A stretch of DNA of 64,000 bases from contig CAVQMO010000010.1 of NCBI GenBank assembly GCA_963713605.1, forward strand, positions 192,001 through 256,000, written 5' to 3'. The position numbers and the translations under genes were made by a program. Below, piece by piece: positions 1 through 11,912 of the stretch. This stretch comes from an uncultured Nitrososphaerales archaeon. Its GTDB lineage: Archaea; Thermoproteota; Nitrososphaeria; Nitrososphaerales; Nitrososphaeraceae. The notes below the pieces were generated by a model. That model was not told the DNA's origin and did no database searches. It was given only the letters and a program-made list of their open reading frames with translations. How positions within the stretch are numbered: the first letter of the stretch is position 1; every line of letters begins with the position of its first letter.

Positions 1-199
1 GGATCTACACTGGTATCAAATTTGGTTCACACACCACTGGTTGCAATCATGTTATATTACTAGACCCATAATGAGGGTATACGTAGCTAGCTAGCGTAAA
101 GATGCAAATTCTGAATTTAATAAAATGAAAGAAACTTTATAAAAACAGAAGTCAATGGGAAATCATATTCCCATCAACTCTGTCTTGATAACTCATCTG

Positions 200-1193
200 C
201 TGTTAGTATATAACGCTCCTGGTATCCGGGGCGTCGATTCGAAAAGAATACGTCAGCATCATTCAGCAATTGATTGAATTTTTCTAGATCTGCTTTTTCA
301 TGTAAATCAAGGATGCTTGACCTCATACCGACATGAGATGTCCAGTAGAATAAATCTAATTCCCAGTCGAGTGGCTGCCAGATGTTCAGAACCTCTGCTC
401 CGAAAAGGGCCAGATCTCTACCAATACGCTGGTCCGGCGATCACATGGCCCATCCCGAGTGCTCGCACCCCATCCAGAGGAGTCCTACCTCCTGGTTTGA
501 AGGGAACCGGGTCACTCTCGCCTATCTTCTCCACCCTGATCAGAGGCTCTCTTGAGAGTACCTCTGTATACTGAGGTTCTTTCATAAATTCTTGGGTGGT
601 GCGGAGCATCGCAAATGGCAGACCTGCTTGCGAAGCGGCCGTCTCTAGTTCATCAGCACGCCACTGCAATATTGCATTCTGAACGGCATTGACACTATCG
701 TCACATCTGAGCAAGGTGGTTGCACGAGCTCGCAGTCTGGGATAGACGTTGGCAGGCATTATCCAACGTCCGTCGCGTGTCTTATGCCACAAAGTCATAC
801 TGGGATATTGAATGAAAGGATTTTCCGGATCGGATGCAAATGAAAGCTTTATGACCATTAATCATCTCCCATTCGCGCTCGAAGAAAGGTGCAAACCGCC
901 GCAGCGCCTTGCGGACGTCGACATGAATATCTTGTCCTTCCCCACTTCTAAATCTCCAGACGGCAGATGCTGCCTACAGCTTTGGCGGCCAAACCGATCG
1001 CCGACATCTCTCCGAATCTGAGACAGCTTGGCACGATCGGATCCTTCCCATAAAATGTGATCTTTCCTCCACTGTCAGCGGCTGACAGTCCGACACCACT
1101 TAGAACTTTATCTAAGGCAGTGTATAAATCAAACTCAGGGGAACTGACAGGATCGTTGAGGTTTGATCTGAGTGTTTCAGACAAAGTACGCAT
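200..1193 (-). pseudogene. CoA-transferase family III (CaiB/BaiF-like), frameshifted and 3'-truncated
   Basis: ORFs 948-1193 and 418-858 plus a third frame (IGRDLALFGAEVLNIW...ADVFFSNRRPG) join into one protein with PLDGVRALGMGHVIAGP, typical of family III CoA-transferases. Confidence 0.85.
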
Positions 1194-1607
1194 TTGACCA
1201 ATCGCTCATTCATGTTTGAATGTCATTTTTGTTTCTTATAAGGATTCCATCCTCGTGGAACAAAGACTTGGTTGCCTGGATGGACGTGCATAAAGACGAA
1301 ATTGACGAAGGAAATATCGATATCTTTCTAGGCTATAGACGCCAACAAACTCAAAGATTAAAATCATAGTTAAAACATAGGGCTGTTTCGAACTTCAACA
1401 CGCACTCATTTCGAAGTTCAAGGAGGAAGGAAGGTTACTAGTAAGAGGGTAACAAAGTCCCAAGCTTGAATTTTGTAAAATAAAATGGTAAACTAGGCGT
1501 TCGGTTGACTGCTTAGCAACTTCCCATTATCGGTATCATGTACCTAAGAATAATTTGCTAAGGAATAAACATAGAATTACCACCAGGAGTATCAGCTACT
1601 AAAGCAG

Positions 1608-1838
1608 TTACTGGATTATCATAACCATAGACTTGGTTGGATCACTTTCTAGTCCAACACGTAAAGTAAACACAATATCCGGATTATCGTCGATCACTAG
1701 AATCCTTTTCTGCCGTTGGGGTTCAAAAGATAAAGTTGAGGAATGCGATTTTACATCGTCTGGTTCTAAATGTCGATTATGGGTAGCTCCCTTCTTCGAT
1801 TCTGCATTACCGTTGGGAGCTTTATTCACATTCCTCAA
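1608..1838 (-). pseudogene. Response-regulator receiver domain fragment
   Basis: KRILVIDDNPDIVFTLRVGLE is the beta1-alpha1 start of a REC domain. The ORF ends before the phosphoacceptor Asp. Confidence 0.7.
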
Positions 1839-1854
1839 TCATCCATTGATTATC

Positions 1855-2185
1855 CTATTCTGCAACTATTGTGTACTGAATATCTTGTACAAAATTGGGA
1901 TCCGAACAGTCTGGATCTGGGCATATCAAGCTTGATTTGAAATGAATCGGATAAGTACCGTTTTTAAGGGGTTCAGTTAATATGTAGAATCCATCAGCTA
2001 CCGCTTTAGAAGGCCCACCTTCTAGAACTCCAAAAATTCCTTTGTTAGGGAAGGCGACGTCAAAGGCATCCGTGTGAATCCTATATTTGAGAAGATCTTG
2101 GTAACCGTACTCCTTGTCGCCTATCTTAAGATATAAGCTATTGACGCTATCTTGATCCTTCTTTGCACTTGTGTCCAGCTGGGCT
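1855..2185 (-). pseudogene. C-terminal fragment of a probable secreted protein (not in ORF track)
   Basis: Start-less open frame AKKDQDSVNSLYLKIGDKEY...AVADGFYILTEPLKNGTYPIHFKSSLICPDPDCSDPNFVQDIQYTIVAE*, resembling a Nitrososphaera-type hypothetical family as I recall it. Confidence 0.55.
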
Positions 2186-2586
2186 CAATTGTATCTGGAA
2201 TATTTTTTATCCTAAAATAGTCTTGATCATCTATGTCATTGAAAATAGCAAAAAGACCTGAAATTGCTGCTCCAGCAAATATGGGAGTTAGTTCATCACT
2301 TAACCGCTGCTTGTTATCGCAGTTACTTTTTATAACATTTCTTAATCCCTCAATTCCTTCCTTCTGTTTCATTCTATTTAACCATCAGAATCTAACTTAC
2401 ATTTAATGTAATACCGCATACCATTTAGAGACTATAAGAAATTAACCATTTTATCTTCACAAGTACCTTATGTGTGTGTTGTTAGCAGCTTCCCCTCAGA
2501 TTAATTCCAGTCAGTTGCATTGAATTAGCACGAGAACTACAGTCGGCCCAAGAGTGTGGGCACCATTTTTGACATGAAAATTGGGC

Positions 2587-3117
2587 TCACATCTCTAGCG
2601 CTGAACGAACCTGTTCAGGTAAATTGAGCAGTATCTGCGCTCCTCGATACTGATTCAATGCCGCTTCAACAAGATGATCGCGAAGGACAATCCTTTGATC
2701 ATCTTTCAATGATTGATACTCTTCAAGAAGAACAGTAGAGTAATTACTTTCGTACATGGATGGATCAATTTTATATCTACTTATAAATGAGGAAAATATA
2801 GTTGAGACTTCACTACTCTCTAACTTTGACACTACCACAAGCCAAGTTCGAATCACCTTCTTCAAGGTCTCTTTATCTGCTGAGGATAGACCATCCAATA
2901 TTGAGTCGATGAATTCGTCCCGAGTTTTCGAGTCTTTAGCACAAAGTTCCTGCAGCCTGCTTCTCATCATAGACTCACGTAAGAAGTCAGGAAGATTCGA
3001 TAAGATTCGAATGATATCCTCTGTAGGATATTTCTGTAACTCATCTGGCATATCTTTGATAACTTCGGGACATCTCTTATTAAGTATAAGCACATTAAGA
3101 GCGATAATGGCCTTCAA
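2587..3117 (-). CDS. Hypothetical helical protein (true start probably at MPDELQKY)
   Basis: 176-codon ORF with protein-like composition and no recognised motif. Confidence 0.7.
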   Translation of the reverse strand: MKAIIALNVLILNKRCPEVIKDMPDELQKYPTEDIIRILSNLPDFLRESMMRSRLQELCAKDSKTRDEFIDSILDGLSSADKETLKKVIRTWLVVVSKLESSEVSTIFSSFISRYKIDPSMYESNYSTVLLEEYQSLKDDQRIVLRDHLVEAALNQYRGAQILLNLPEQVRSALEM

Positions 3118-3671
3118 GTTGTTGTTCTGATTACAAAGACAGCGGAGTTATTATCAGAAGTAGAAAGTTCCAAGAAGATTACTTTGCATTAAAAGAGCTG
3201 CATGATTTGGAATTTGTATATGGAAATCAAGAATTACCAGTTACGGCAGTGAATAATAATAATGTGTAACAGATAGGCCAGTGTTGAAATATCAACAAAT
3301 GAAACTGTTGGACAAGCGGATGAATAAAGAAAAGCTGACTTCACTTCGTCCAGAAATTAGTCGCCAATACTTATTAGGGGGCCTGGAGCTTGAAATTTAT
3401 TTTGTTAGAAAATTATCACTATTCTTTATAAGCTCATATTTATTACAACTAGAAAAGTTGCAGAAGCGGTATCATACGCATACATCAATCTCATCTACGC
3501 CTGAACTGTTATGCGATCTCTATACTTATCTATGGTCGGAAAAGCACTAAGAAACTACTAAGTGGCAGACAGGCATAAGCGCAAAATTATTGCATCCGCT
3601 GTCACAATAATGGTTAAACAAGATAAATTAATAAGATCTTATAGATACATTTATGATGATTTAATAGACAG

Positions 3672-3908
3672 ATGGAAAAAGACAAGAACTATCCGAATGA
3701 TGAATCATCAAAACTACGTGGCCGAATGGCTATCAGCATTCAACACCAGAATATTTCAGCGGCACAAGAAGAAAAGAGATTAAACAACAAAATATCTCAA
3801 ATGTATGGCGTAGATTCTGATGAAGCGATCGACATCCACGTCAATTATCATTTAGATCGAATTTCAGATTTTCTTTTAAGAAGAGCTGAGGAAAAACGGC
3901 ATGCTTGA
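3672..3908 (+). CDS. Small hypothetical protein
   Basis: ATG start, charged 78-aa ORF. Confidence 0.5.
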   Translation: MEKDKNYPNDESSKLRGRMAISIQHQNISAAQEEKRLNNKISQMYGVDSDEAIDIHVNYHLDRISDFLLRRAEEKRHA

Positions 3909-4284
3909 GTCGATGTTTTTTAAGAGATTAAACAGTTTGAATGCTATTGGATACGCTTATAGTGTCGCTCAAGGTGAACTGCTCGAAATGGCCGCAGTAG
4001 ATATCCTGTACAAACAACTATGCAATCTGCACAATAACGACCAGCCTACGGACGACAGATATGTTAGCTTTTACGGGTGAAAGTCATGTTCGTATTGCCT
4101 CCAAAAGAGAGATGATCGATTGTGTTTCGCGTCGTTAATTCCCTTTTAATGATCTAATATCGAGACTAAAGTCTATCAATATCTGCTAGTCATTGTGATG
4201 CTATAGTTTCGATAATCGTAAGATGGCACCTATGCTAGCGGTCATGATACAAGTCTCCGCTTAAGCCTGTACTAAAGAGAGGTT

Positions 4285-4539
4285 TTATGATGTGACAGCA
4301 GTCGTCAGTGGAGCAGACTGCAGCTCTTCTTTATCCAACAAGCCTTTTCGTCTAAGTTTTGCCTTGTATTTTATATTTCTTGGTCTTGTTCTCAGTCGAT
4401 AACTACAACAGGGGCACCACAATCCTTCCCATTTTATGAATATCTCACAGACTTGGCACCTCTTCTGACCTGCCGCGTACCGTCCTGTACCAACTTGCTT
4501 CTGAGCCTTATGTCTAATGCAAATCCCCTTACAAGTCAT
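4285..4539 (-). CDS. Small Cys-rich (zinc-finger-like) basic protein
   Basis: MTCKGIC...KRCQVC...WCPCC..LRTRPR, a pattern I recognise from a multi-copy thaumarchaeal family. Confidence 0.85.
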   Translation of the reverse strand: MTCKGICIRHKAQKQVGTGRYAAGQKRCQVCEIFIKWEGLWCPCCSYRLRTRPRNIKYKAKLRRKGLLDKEELQSAPLTTAVTS

Positions 4540-4920
4540 CTAAATTATCTACCCTTACTACCCCTACATTATTACACAATACATACTTATAAAATATTTT
4601 GAAAAATGGGTATAGATATAGAATTTAATATAACGTGAGCAAGAAGAATATCGCATATAGATAGAACAAGTTTGTAATTTCCAAGAATGTTCTGAATAAA
4701 TATCAATCCAGTAATAATTTCTGCAAATGCCTCAAGATTAAGAAAATGGTGGTGTATACTGTGAAGATTAAGTGTGGAGTCTGAGTAATATAGGAGGTTG
4801 ATAGCACTTTCAAATGTAATAAAACATTTCAACACAAACTGCCCAACCTTGACCTTTAATTTAGACCAGTCTTTTGAAGTGTCCAGGGCTTATACTAAGG
4901 ATATCAGGTGCGATTCGAAG

Positions 4921-5106
4921 CTAATCTGCTGCCCCACCACACGCACAATATCCAAACTCATCTATTCGTGTATTACACATGTCACAATATCCAAATAAAT
5001 TATAATCTACTTCCCATGATTCTTTGCCAAACATTTCTAAATGAGCATTGATCTCGAAAGGAATAGAGGATGGCGCTTTATCCTTCTCATCAACACTTTC
5101 TATCAT
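4921..5106 (-). CDS. Small Cys-rich hypothetical protein
   Basis: C-terminal YCDMC...GYCACG metal-binding pattern. Confidence 0.7.
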   Translation of the reverse strand: MIESVDEKDKAPSSIPFEINAHLEMFGKESWEVDYNLFGYCDMCNTRIDEFGYCACGGAAD

Positions 5107-5393
5107 TGAAAGATGAGGCGCTTCATTCTATATAAAATTACCTTTGATAATTTCATCTTTGGAGAAGATAATATGGTATATCTATATTTAATTTAAACCT
5201 CAGCTAATAATTTCATAATAATAGACCCGAAAGATGATATTTAGTGTAAAAGTGCTTGTAATCAGCGCGTCTTAGGAAAGTGGATAAGACGTTTACACTC
5301 GCTTACCCGTTGCGATAAATATACTAGTTGTATGAGCTGACAAGTAGCTCGTGTAAAAGATAAATGTAGTAGCCTACACACTAGGATAAGGAT

Positions 5394-5726
5394 ATGTCTG
5401 TTACCGAGAGATTACGAGAATTTCTAACACAAGGGAAAGATTGGGAACGAAAACCAACAAATATTCCTGGTGTATTCCTCTTACGACTTCCGGGATTAAG
5501 AAGTAATAGTCCTTCATTGGCCATTGAAATCAATCCAGTTGATAGTATTGGTTCGCCAACCAAAAAAAGAGGAGTAGTAGTGAGATCCACACCTGAACTC
5601 GAAGACATAAAACGAATAATTTTGGACCAGAAGGTTTCAGAGCTTACAAAGAATATGGATGAAATTAACCCCCAACGAAAACAACCATCTACCGCGACAA
5701 GTAAACCTGAAGTGTTCGAGATTTAG
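5394..5726 (+). CDS. Conserved hypothetical protein
   Basis: 110-aa ORF with LAIEINPVD..G.PTKKRG, resembling an archaeal conserved family. Confidence 0.75.
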   Translation: MSVTERLREFLTQGKDWERKPTNIPGVFLLRLPGLRSNSPSLAIEINPVDSIGSPTKKRGVVVRSTPELEDIKRIILDQKVSELTKNMDEINPQRKQPSTATSKPEVFEI

Positions 5727-5885
5727 ATTTACTTTCTATTCAATTAAAACAACATAATCAGAATTGATGACATCGAATCAATATGAAGTGAGCATCAATC
5801 TTCGATTTTATAGCGAATTACTCTTGCTTCAGCTGCATCAACCTCAGCAGCATCAATAAAAACAACTACCATTAAATTTCAAAAA

Positions 5886-5914
5886 AGGAAATTCATGATA
5901 TATATGAATTTCCT
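5886..5914. promoter_or_regulatory. 11-bp inverted repeat upstream of the patatin cluster
   Basis: AGGAAATTCAT-gatatat-ATGAATTTCCT. Function is unknown (operator or hairpin). Confidence 0.35.
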
Positions 5915-6090
5915 GAAGAGAAATCAAATCGGAATTCAGGCACGAGACTGCATATGCATGATTAAGTCATTAAGATCGTATGTTTACGAGGTGCTTTTCT
6001 GAATAGTGGTATTCGAGTTACCGTCTAATTTGGCTCGTTTAAATATAGGCTCTATGTCTTGAGACGTTTTTTACTGAGATTTTATCTACC

Positions 6091-7269
6091 TTGAAAGCAT
6101 TGGATAATATGATGAAGATAAAGGATACAACCATAGCAAAACACGAGACAGTCTTGGTGATGCAAGGAGGAGGTGCCTTAGGCGCATATGAATGCGGTGT
6201 TTATAAAACTCTGGAAAAATACGGTATAGAATTTGATATCGTTGCAGGTACTTCAATAGGGGCAGTTAATGCGGCCATAATTGCAGGGAGTAAAGATAAA
6301 TCTTCTGCGAAAACACTTGAAAAATTTTGGTTCTCGCTAGCAGAACACATTACTCCTTCTTTTCTTGCTGATAATGTTAGAGCTATTTTTTCCTCTATGC
6401 TTGTATTTTTATATGGTAACAAAAATGCATTTGAGCCTGTCTGGAGCTATCCTGCTTCATTATTCAATTACTATTCGATTTTTTCTAATTATACAAGGAT
6501 ACCACCTCATTTATATGATGTTAAACCTTTAGAGGATACATTAACCAAATTTGTCGATTTCGACATAATAAACAAGCAATATAAAAGTGGCATTACTACT
6601 AATTCTGTTCCCGGGAATGAGGTCAAAAGAGTATCTCCGAGACTCATAATGACATGTACAGATATTCAAAAAAGCGAATCAGTCACTTTTGATAGTGATC
6701 GTATTGAAGTGGATGCCGGCCATGTCATTGCTTGCACAGGTTTTCCATTTTATGGTTTGGCTTGGACAAAAAAAGATGGTTTGTATCTATGGGATGGAAG
6801 TCTGTTGAGTAATACTCCGCTAAGGGAGGTGATTGATGCATCACCAAAAAATCATAAACGAGTCTATATTGTCAATTTATTTCCGAAAATTCAAAGAGAG
6901 CTTCCGACTAATATGTTTGATATATGGCATAGGGCAAGAGATATCATACATACTGATAAAACCGATCATAATATCCATATGTCAAAAGTAATATCAAGAT
7001 ATTTAACAGTCATGCGACAAATGCATGACCTCCTAAATAATGCTCATATGGATGAAAGTATGAAAGGTACTTTCCTTCAAATAGAAAAAGAATATCATAA
7101 ACTAGCGACTGATCGCGGAGCAATAATTAAAGAGATAACCAAGGTTGAAAGAAAAGAGGATGTGCGCTATATCTTTGAAGATGCTGATTTTTCACTCGCT
7201 ACCATACAGAAATTGATAAAGCAAGGCGAAGATGATGCTGAAAAGGTCTTACAAGAGAAAAGTAAATAA
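6091..7269 (+). CDS. Patatin-like phospholipase/esterase
   Basis: Oxyanion loop GGGALG, nucleophile GTSIG, catalytic WDGS..SNTP and C-terminal DFS..TI..LI..G..DA. Confidence 0.93.
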   Translation: MKALDNMMKIKDTTIAKHETVLVMQGGGALGAYECGVYKTLEKYGIEFDIVAGTSIGAVNAAIIAGSKDKSSAKTLEKFWFSLAEHITPSFLADNVRAIFSSMLVFLYGNKNAFEPVWSYPASLFNYYSIFSNYTRIPPHLYDVKPLEDTLTKFVDFDIINKQYKSGITTNSVPGNEVKRVSPRLIMTCTDIQKSESVTFDSDRIEVDAGHVIACTGFPFYGLAWTKKDGLYLWDGSLLSNTPLREVIDASPKNHKRVYIVNLFPKIQRELPTNMFDIWHRARDIIHTDKTDHNIHMSKVISRYLTVMRQMHDLLNNAHMDESMKGTFLQIEKEYHKLATDRGAIIKEITKVERKEDVRYIFEDADFSLATIQKLIKQGEDDAEKVLQEKSK

Positions 7270-7680
7270 TGATAAAACAGATATCAAATTTCTTTGGACA
7301 TAAATGAAATCATACCATAGATACCTAGCATTTATCATCAATTCCATATTTGCTGCACTTTTGGCACTAAATCTTGGTATATATCTATCCATTCCAGTTA
7401 CGGTGAATTCGGAGAGGACAATTTTTCACTGAAATCACTTGCAAAATTTTGGAATGTATTTCTACCTGTCACAATATATCAATCTAACCAAGTCCATGTC
7501 CTTTGTAGCTTTCGACACATGGTCTGCAACTTCAAGGATTCAAATTCTGTACATTCTTGCATTTACACAACACAAATAATATAATTCATACCTATTAGCC
7601 TATGATATTCTATAATTATTTAAATACCTTTGAATCAAGGCTGAAATTTATTAGTCATAATTACGTATTAATATATAGAA

Positions 7681-9090
7681 ATGCAAGCAAGAGTTGTTCA
7701 CGATAAGATTTCAACCATTAATCCTGCGACAGGACAAATAATTCATTCGTATGAGACTACTGACATAGAACAAATCTCACGTATTGTCAGTAATGCTAGA
7801 ACTGCGTTTGCAAAGTGGAAAAAGAAAGACGTAGGGGAACGTTGTGATTACATTAGAAATTTGGCGAAGGTATTGAATAAGAACAGAGACCAGTATTCCA
7901 AGATTATTACACAAGAAATGGGAAAGCCCATAGCTCAGTCATATGCAGAAATCGAAAAGTGCATATGGTTATGTGAGTATTATTGTGAAAACGCTGAAAC
8001 GTTCCTTCAAGATCAAATAATACCAACCGAATTTCGCAAGAGCTTTGTTTCATTTGAACCTCTCGGAATAGTGGCAGGTATTATGCCATGGAACTTTCCA
8101 TTTTGGCAGGTTATGCGATTTGTGGTTCCAACCTTAATTGCAGGAAATGTAGCAATTCTAAAGCATTCTAGTGTATGTATAGGCTCTTCTCTAAATGTCA
8201 GAGACTCACTGGCTGATGCGGGATTTCCTGAAAATGTGTTTCAAATAGTCATTGGTGATTACAGAGCAGGTGAAGCTCTTGTCCAGTCTAAGATTGAAGC
8301 AGTATCAGTGACAGGAAGCGTTAGTACTGGAAAAAGGGTCGCAGAGCTTGCAGCCAAAGGTTTAAAAAAATTCGTATTAGAATTAGGAGGAAGCGACCCG
8401 TTTATTGTCTTAGAAGATGCTGATCTAAATCATACCGTACCTCAAGCAGTTCATTCGAGATTGTTAAATACAGGTCAAAGTTGTATTGCGGCGAAAAGGT
8501 TTATAGTAATGAAGGAAATAGCAGATGAATTCACAAGATTATTTGTACAAAATGTCAAAGGAGAAATAGTAGGAGATCCAATGGATACGAAAACTACCGT
8601 AGGACCACTGGTGAGAGACAGTCAAAGGCAAGCACTATTTAAACAAGTCAATGACTCGAGGTTAAAACATGCAGAGATATTGTTAGGTGGTAACATAATC
8701 GAAGGTAGCGGTTATTATTATGAACCAACTGTAATATCTAAGGTAAATCATGAAATGGATATATTAAGAGAAGAGGTATTCGGTCCGGTTGCGCCTATCA
8801 TTATAGTAGAAACTGAAGCCGAAGCTATTATGGAGGCAAATAATTCGAAATTTGGATTAGGTGCTAGTATATGGACTAGTAGTTTTAATAGAGGACTTAA
8901 GCTTGCTCGAGAGATTCAAAGTGGAGTTGTCAAAATAAATGAAATGGTAAGGTCGGATCCTAGGTTGCCATTTGGTGGAGTAAAATATTCTGGCATTGGA
9001 AGGGAGTTATCCGAATTTGGCATTAGGGAATTTGTCAATATAAAATCGATAGCAGTAAAAGACATTACACCCAAATTACTTGTGGAGTGA
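7681..9090 (+). CDS. gabD: NAD(P)-dependent succinate-semialdehyde dehydrogenase (SSADH/GabD1-like ALDH)
   Basis: IMPWNFPFWQV, LELGGSDPF, catalytic GQSCIAAKR, EEVFGP, SDPRLPFGG. Confidence 0.88.
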   Translation: MQARVVHDKISTINPATGQIIHSYETTDIEQISRIVSNARTAFAKWKKKDVGERCDYIRNLAKVLNKNRDQYSKIITQEMGKPIAQSYAEIEKCIWLCEYYCENAETFLQDQIIPTEFRKSFVSFEPLGIVAGIMPWNFPFWQVMRFVVPTLIAGNVAILKHSSVCIGSSLNVRDSLADAGFPENVFQIVIGDYRAGEALVQSKIEAVSVTGSVSTGKRVAELAAKGLKKFVLELGGSDPFIVLEDADLNHTVPQAVHSRLLNTGQSCIAAKRFIVMKEIADEFTRLFVQNVKGEIVGDPMDTKTTVGPLVRDSQRQALFKQVNDSRLKHAEILLGGNIIEGSGYYYEPTVISKVNHEMDILREEVFGPVAPIIIVETEAEAIMEANNSKFGLGASIWTSSFNRGLKLAREIQSGVVKINEMVRSDPRLPFGGVKYSGIGRELSEFGIREFVNIKSIAVKDITPKLLVE

Positions 9091-9254
9091 GTGAGAAACA
9101 CAATATACTTGCTAGAAAGGAAAGACGTACAAACTAACAATACGAATTTGATGTCAGAGGTCGTAGATCTAAGTTATTCGATCAAATCTAAATTATCCGA
9201 AATATCAGTTCTTAATTGCAATAGACTCCAGAATCTCTTCAATGAAACGATTGA

Positions 9255-11219
9255 ATGATGCCGACCATAGAGAATTACAAGAAATTAGATATACCTAAGC
9301 TGAAAGAATTTGAGGTTCTTGGCGAGAAGCTCAACAGGATATACATCAATATTTTAAGACGTGCACAGAATGCACATAATAAGTTTCACTTTACGGTAAA
9401 AGAAAACGAAAACGAAAATGATAAGATATGCAGCCTAGATAATCTTTTGTGCTATTTAGTATTAAGAGAGCAGAATTTATCAGATCTACAAATAAGGCTA
9501 GCTGAACAGGGCCTTGCTTCTTTAATAATGTCGGAAAGTAATGTACTTGTTAGCGTCGAACAGGTGCTCAAACATTTTGGAATCAAGCCAGTTGATACTA
9601 GTAGTTTATGTAAGATCGATCCCCAAAATGGGAGATTGCTTCTGACAATGCGTAATGAATTAATGTTTGGTTTGGTGCCTAAAGAAAGAAAAACACTCAT
9701 TATGGTAACACTTGATTCTTCTGATATCTATCAACATGAATTGATAGAACAGCTGCTGGAGAATGGGATGGATATTGCTCGAATAAATTGTGCTCATAAC
9801 ACAGCCAGAGAATGGAAATTACTAGTTGAAACTCTACGCGGTGTAGAAGAACAAGTGATCCAAAATGGGAAGGGAATTGAAGGACATAGATGTAAGATCT
9901 TGATGGATCTGGGAGGCCCGAAAATTCGGACAGGCCCTATGGTGCTTAAAGTCCGACCCCTACAGATATCTTCTCCTAAAGACATTCACGGTCGTCCTAT
10001 GCGTCTTGTAGAAGGATTCTTAGACAGCGAGGCAAGAGAGACAGAAGTGTTGAATTTGGACAGAGCGACATCATCGAGTTTTGTTATAGCGATATCAAAG
10101 ATCAAATACGGAGGGCTAGGGAGCCTGAGAATAGGTCAAAAAATAACATTCAAGGATGCACGGGATGGACGTCCACGTAATCTCACGGTACTTGAGCGAA
10201 TCAGTCCTACTAGAGTAAGGATAGGTCTGGAGCACACAGCTTTTCTAAAGGGGGGTATAAAACTGGAATGTCAAATAAATGATTCAGATAACGATCCTAA
10301 GTGCTCGTTTACCGTCGGGGTTACGAAACCTCAACCGATTGAGATAAGTGTAGAAGCTGGGAATATCCTCCGCCTTTATAGAGATACAAGGTTAGGTCAT
10401 GGCGGCGATAGTAACCGCTTTGGCGATGATCCTGCAGGTATCAGTTGCACGCATCCACATATTCTTAATCAAGTTAAGGTTGGTCATAGAGTATTCATAG
10501 ACGACGGAAAAATTGAAGCAGTTGTGAAGTCATCAAAGGAGGAGTTCCTTGAATTAGAGATCGTATCACCTCATGGTATGATAGCCAAAATCAAATCCAA
10601 CAAGGGTATGAACTTTCCAGATTCAGGTATTAAAACCCCAGCGTTAACACAAGAGGATATCAAAAATTTGGACTTTATAGTTATGCATGCAGACATGGTG
10701 GGACTAAGCTTTGTGCACGGACCGCAGGATATCTACGATTTACATAAAGAGTTAACTAGACGAAATCGTGCAGATATGGGGATAGTTGCAAAGATCGAAA
10801 CATCAGATTCTGTTCACAATTTGGCTGGGACAATTATTGCTGGACTTGACCTGCCAAAATTTGCAGTACTAATCGCAAGGGGCGATTTGGCAGTCGAGGT
10901 GGGATTTGAAAATTTGGCCTTCGTTCAAGAAGATATCTTCTGTTTATGTGAAGCCGCACACGTGCCTGTCATCTTGGCCACACAAATACTAGAAAGCCTA
11001 ACGGAAAGTGGCCTTCGAAGTCGCCCGGAAATAGCAGACGCACTAATAATGGGACGGCGCGCAGAATGTGTGATGCTAAGCAATGGACCAAATATACTTG
11101 AGGCGGTCAGAACCCTGGCCCGATTATTGAATAGTGGAGAACGATATATAATAAAGTATCAACTATTCAGGGAGTTTACTGAACAATATGGTGTATTTGA
11201 TGATAAAGACACGGATTGA
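9255..11219 (+). CDS. pyk: Pyruvate kinase, long atypical form
   Basis: ARINCAH, DLGGPKIRTG, IDDGKI, GLSFV, AKIET, IARGDLAVE, ATQILESL. It has an N-terminal extension and an enlarged B-domain region. Confidence 0.85.
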   Translation: MMPTIENYKKLDIPKLKEFEVLGEKLNRIYINILRRAQNAHNKFHFTVKENENENDKICSLDNLLCYLVLREQNLSDLQIRLAEQGLASLIMSESNVLVSVEQVLKHFGIKPVDTSSLCKIDPQNGRLLLTMRNELMFGLVPKERKTLIMVTLDSSDIYQHELIEQLLENGMDIARINCAHNTAREWKLLVETLRGVEEQVIQNGKGIEGHRCKILMDLGGPKIRTGPMVLKVRPLQISSPKDIHGRPMRLVEGFLDSEARETEVLNLDRATSSSFVIAISKIKYGGLGSLRIGQKITFKDARDGRPRNLTVLERISPTRVRIGLEHTAFLKGGIKLECQINDSDNDPKCSFTVGVTKPQPIEISVEAGNILRLYRDTRLGHGGDSNRFGDDPAGISCTHPHILNQVKVGHRVFIDDGKIEAVVKSSKEEFLELEIVSPHGMIAKIKSNKGMNFPDSGIKTPALTQEDIKNLDFIVMHADMVGLSFVHGPQDIYDLHKELTRRNRADMGIVAKIETSDSVHNLAGTIIAGLDLPKFAVLIARGDLAVEVGFENLAFVQEDIFCLCEAAHVPVILATQILESLTESGLRSRPEIADALIMGRRAECVMLSNGPNILEAVRTLARLLNSGERYIIKYQLFREFTEQYGVFDDKDTD

Positions 11220-11912
11220 ATCGCCTTGAACATGTCAATCCTATAAATTGGTGTAGAGGTCCAGTTTCGCCTGAATCGGCTTAATTCTTCTATGCAGATC
11301 TCAAATAGGCATGGGTAATCGGAAGAGGGACGTCATGAATGCGTCTTCTGCTTCGCCCTTTTCGTCGAGTGTATGGAACCATTCACCGGCACTAAGCGAG
11401 CGATTGGCACAAGACAACTTACTCCTTCAGATAATCCTCAGGGTATACTTCCTAACGCCTTAACCTTTTTCTGATCTCTTGATACCCTTCTGAGAATTGC
11501 TACTAACCTCCCATTTCACTTACTCCATGAGCCGGAGGAGTTTTCAAGTACATCGCCCTATGAAAAAGTGGAAATTATACTTTCCACTGTCCTAGATACG
11601 TGGAAATACTAGCCTGGTCAAATCTAGCACGGGAGTTATTAGAATGGATAGGGGTATAAATATAAACCAACAAGAACATGAGCAGCAGCAACCGGAGGCA
11701 GCAAACTCAACAGGAGCAAAGGATCACCACTACTACTAGCACCGTTTATTCAGTAACCGAAGGCGTCAGTTCATCTCAGACTAGAGACAAATACAGAAGA
11801 CTACTCTTCCCGTCCTATAGTTGAGTTGTTTTCTGATTGTGTGAAAATCTTTTTGTAATTCTTCGAACGATAATGTATAGATTCAAAGTGATGAGAAGAG
11901 AATGTATGAAAT

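Noticed and set aside
11230..11800. Possible ncRNA or IS remnant between pyk and the second patatin
   Set aside because: I could not support any terminal inverted repeats, transposase motifs or recognisable RNA structure.
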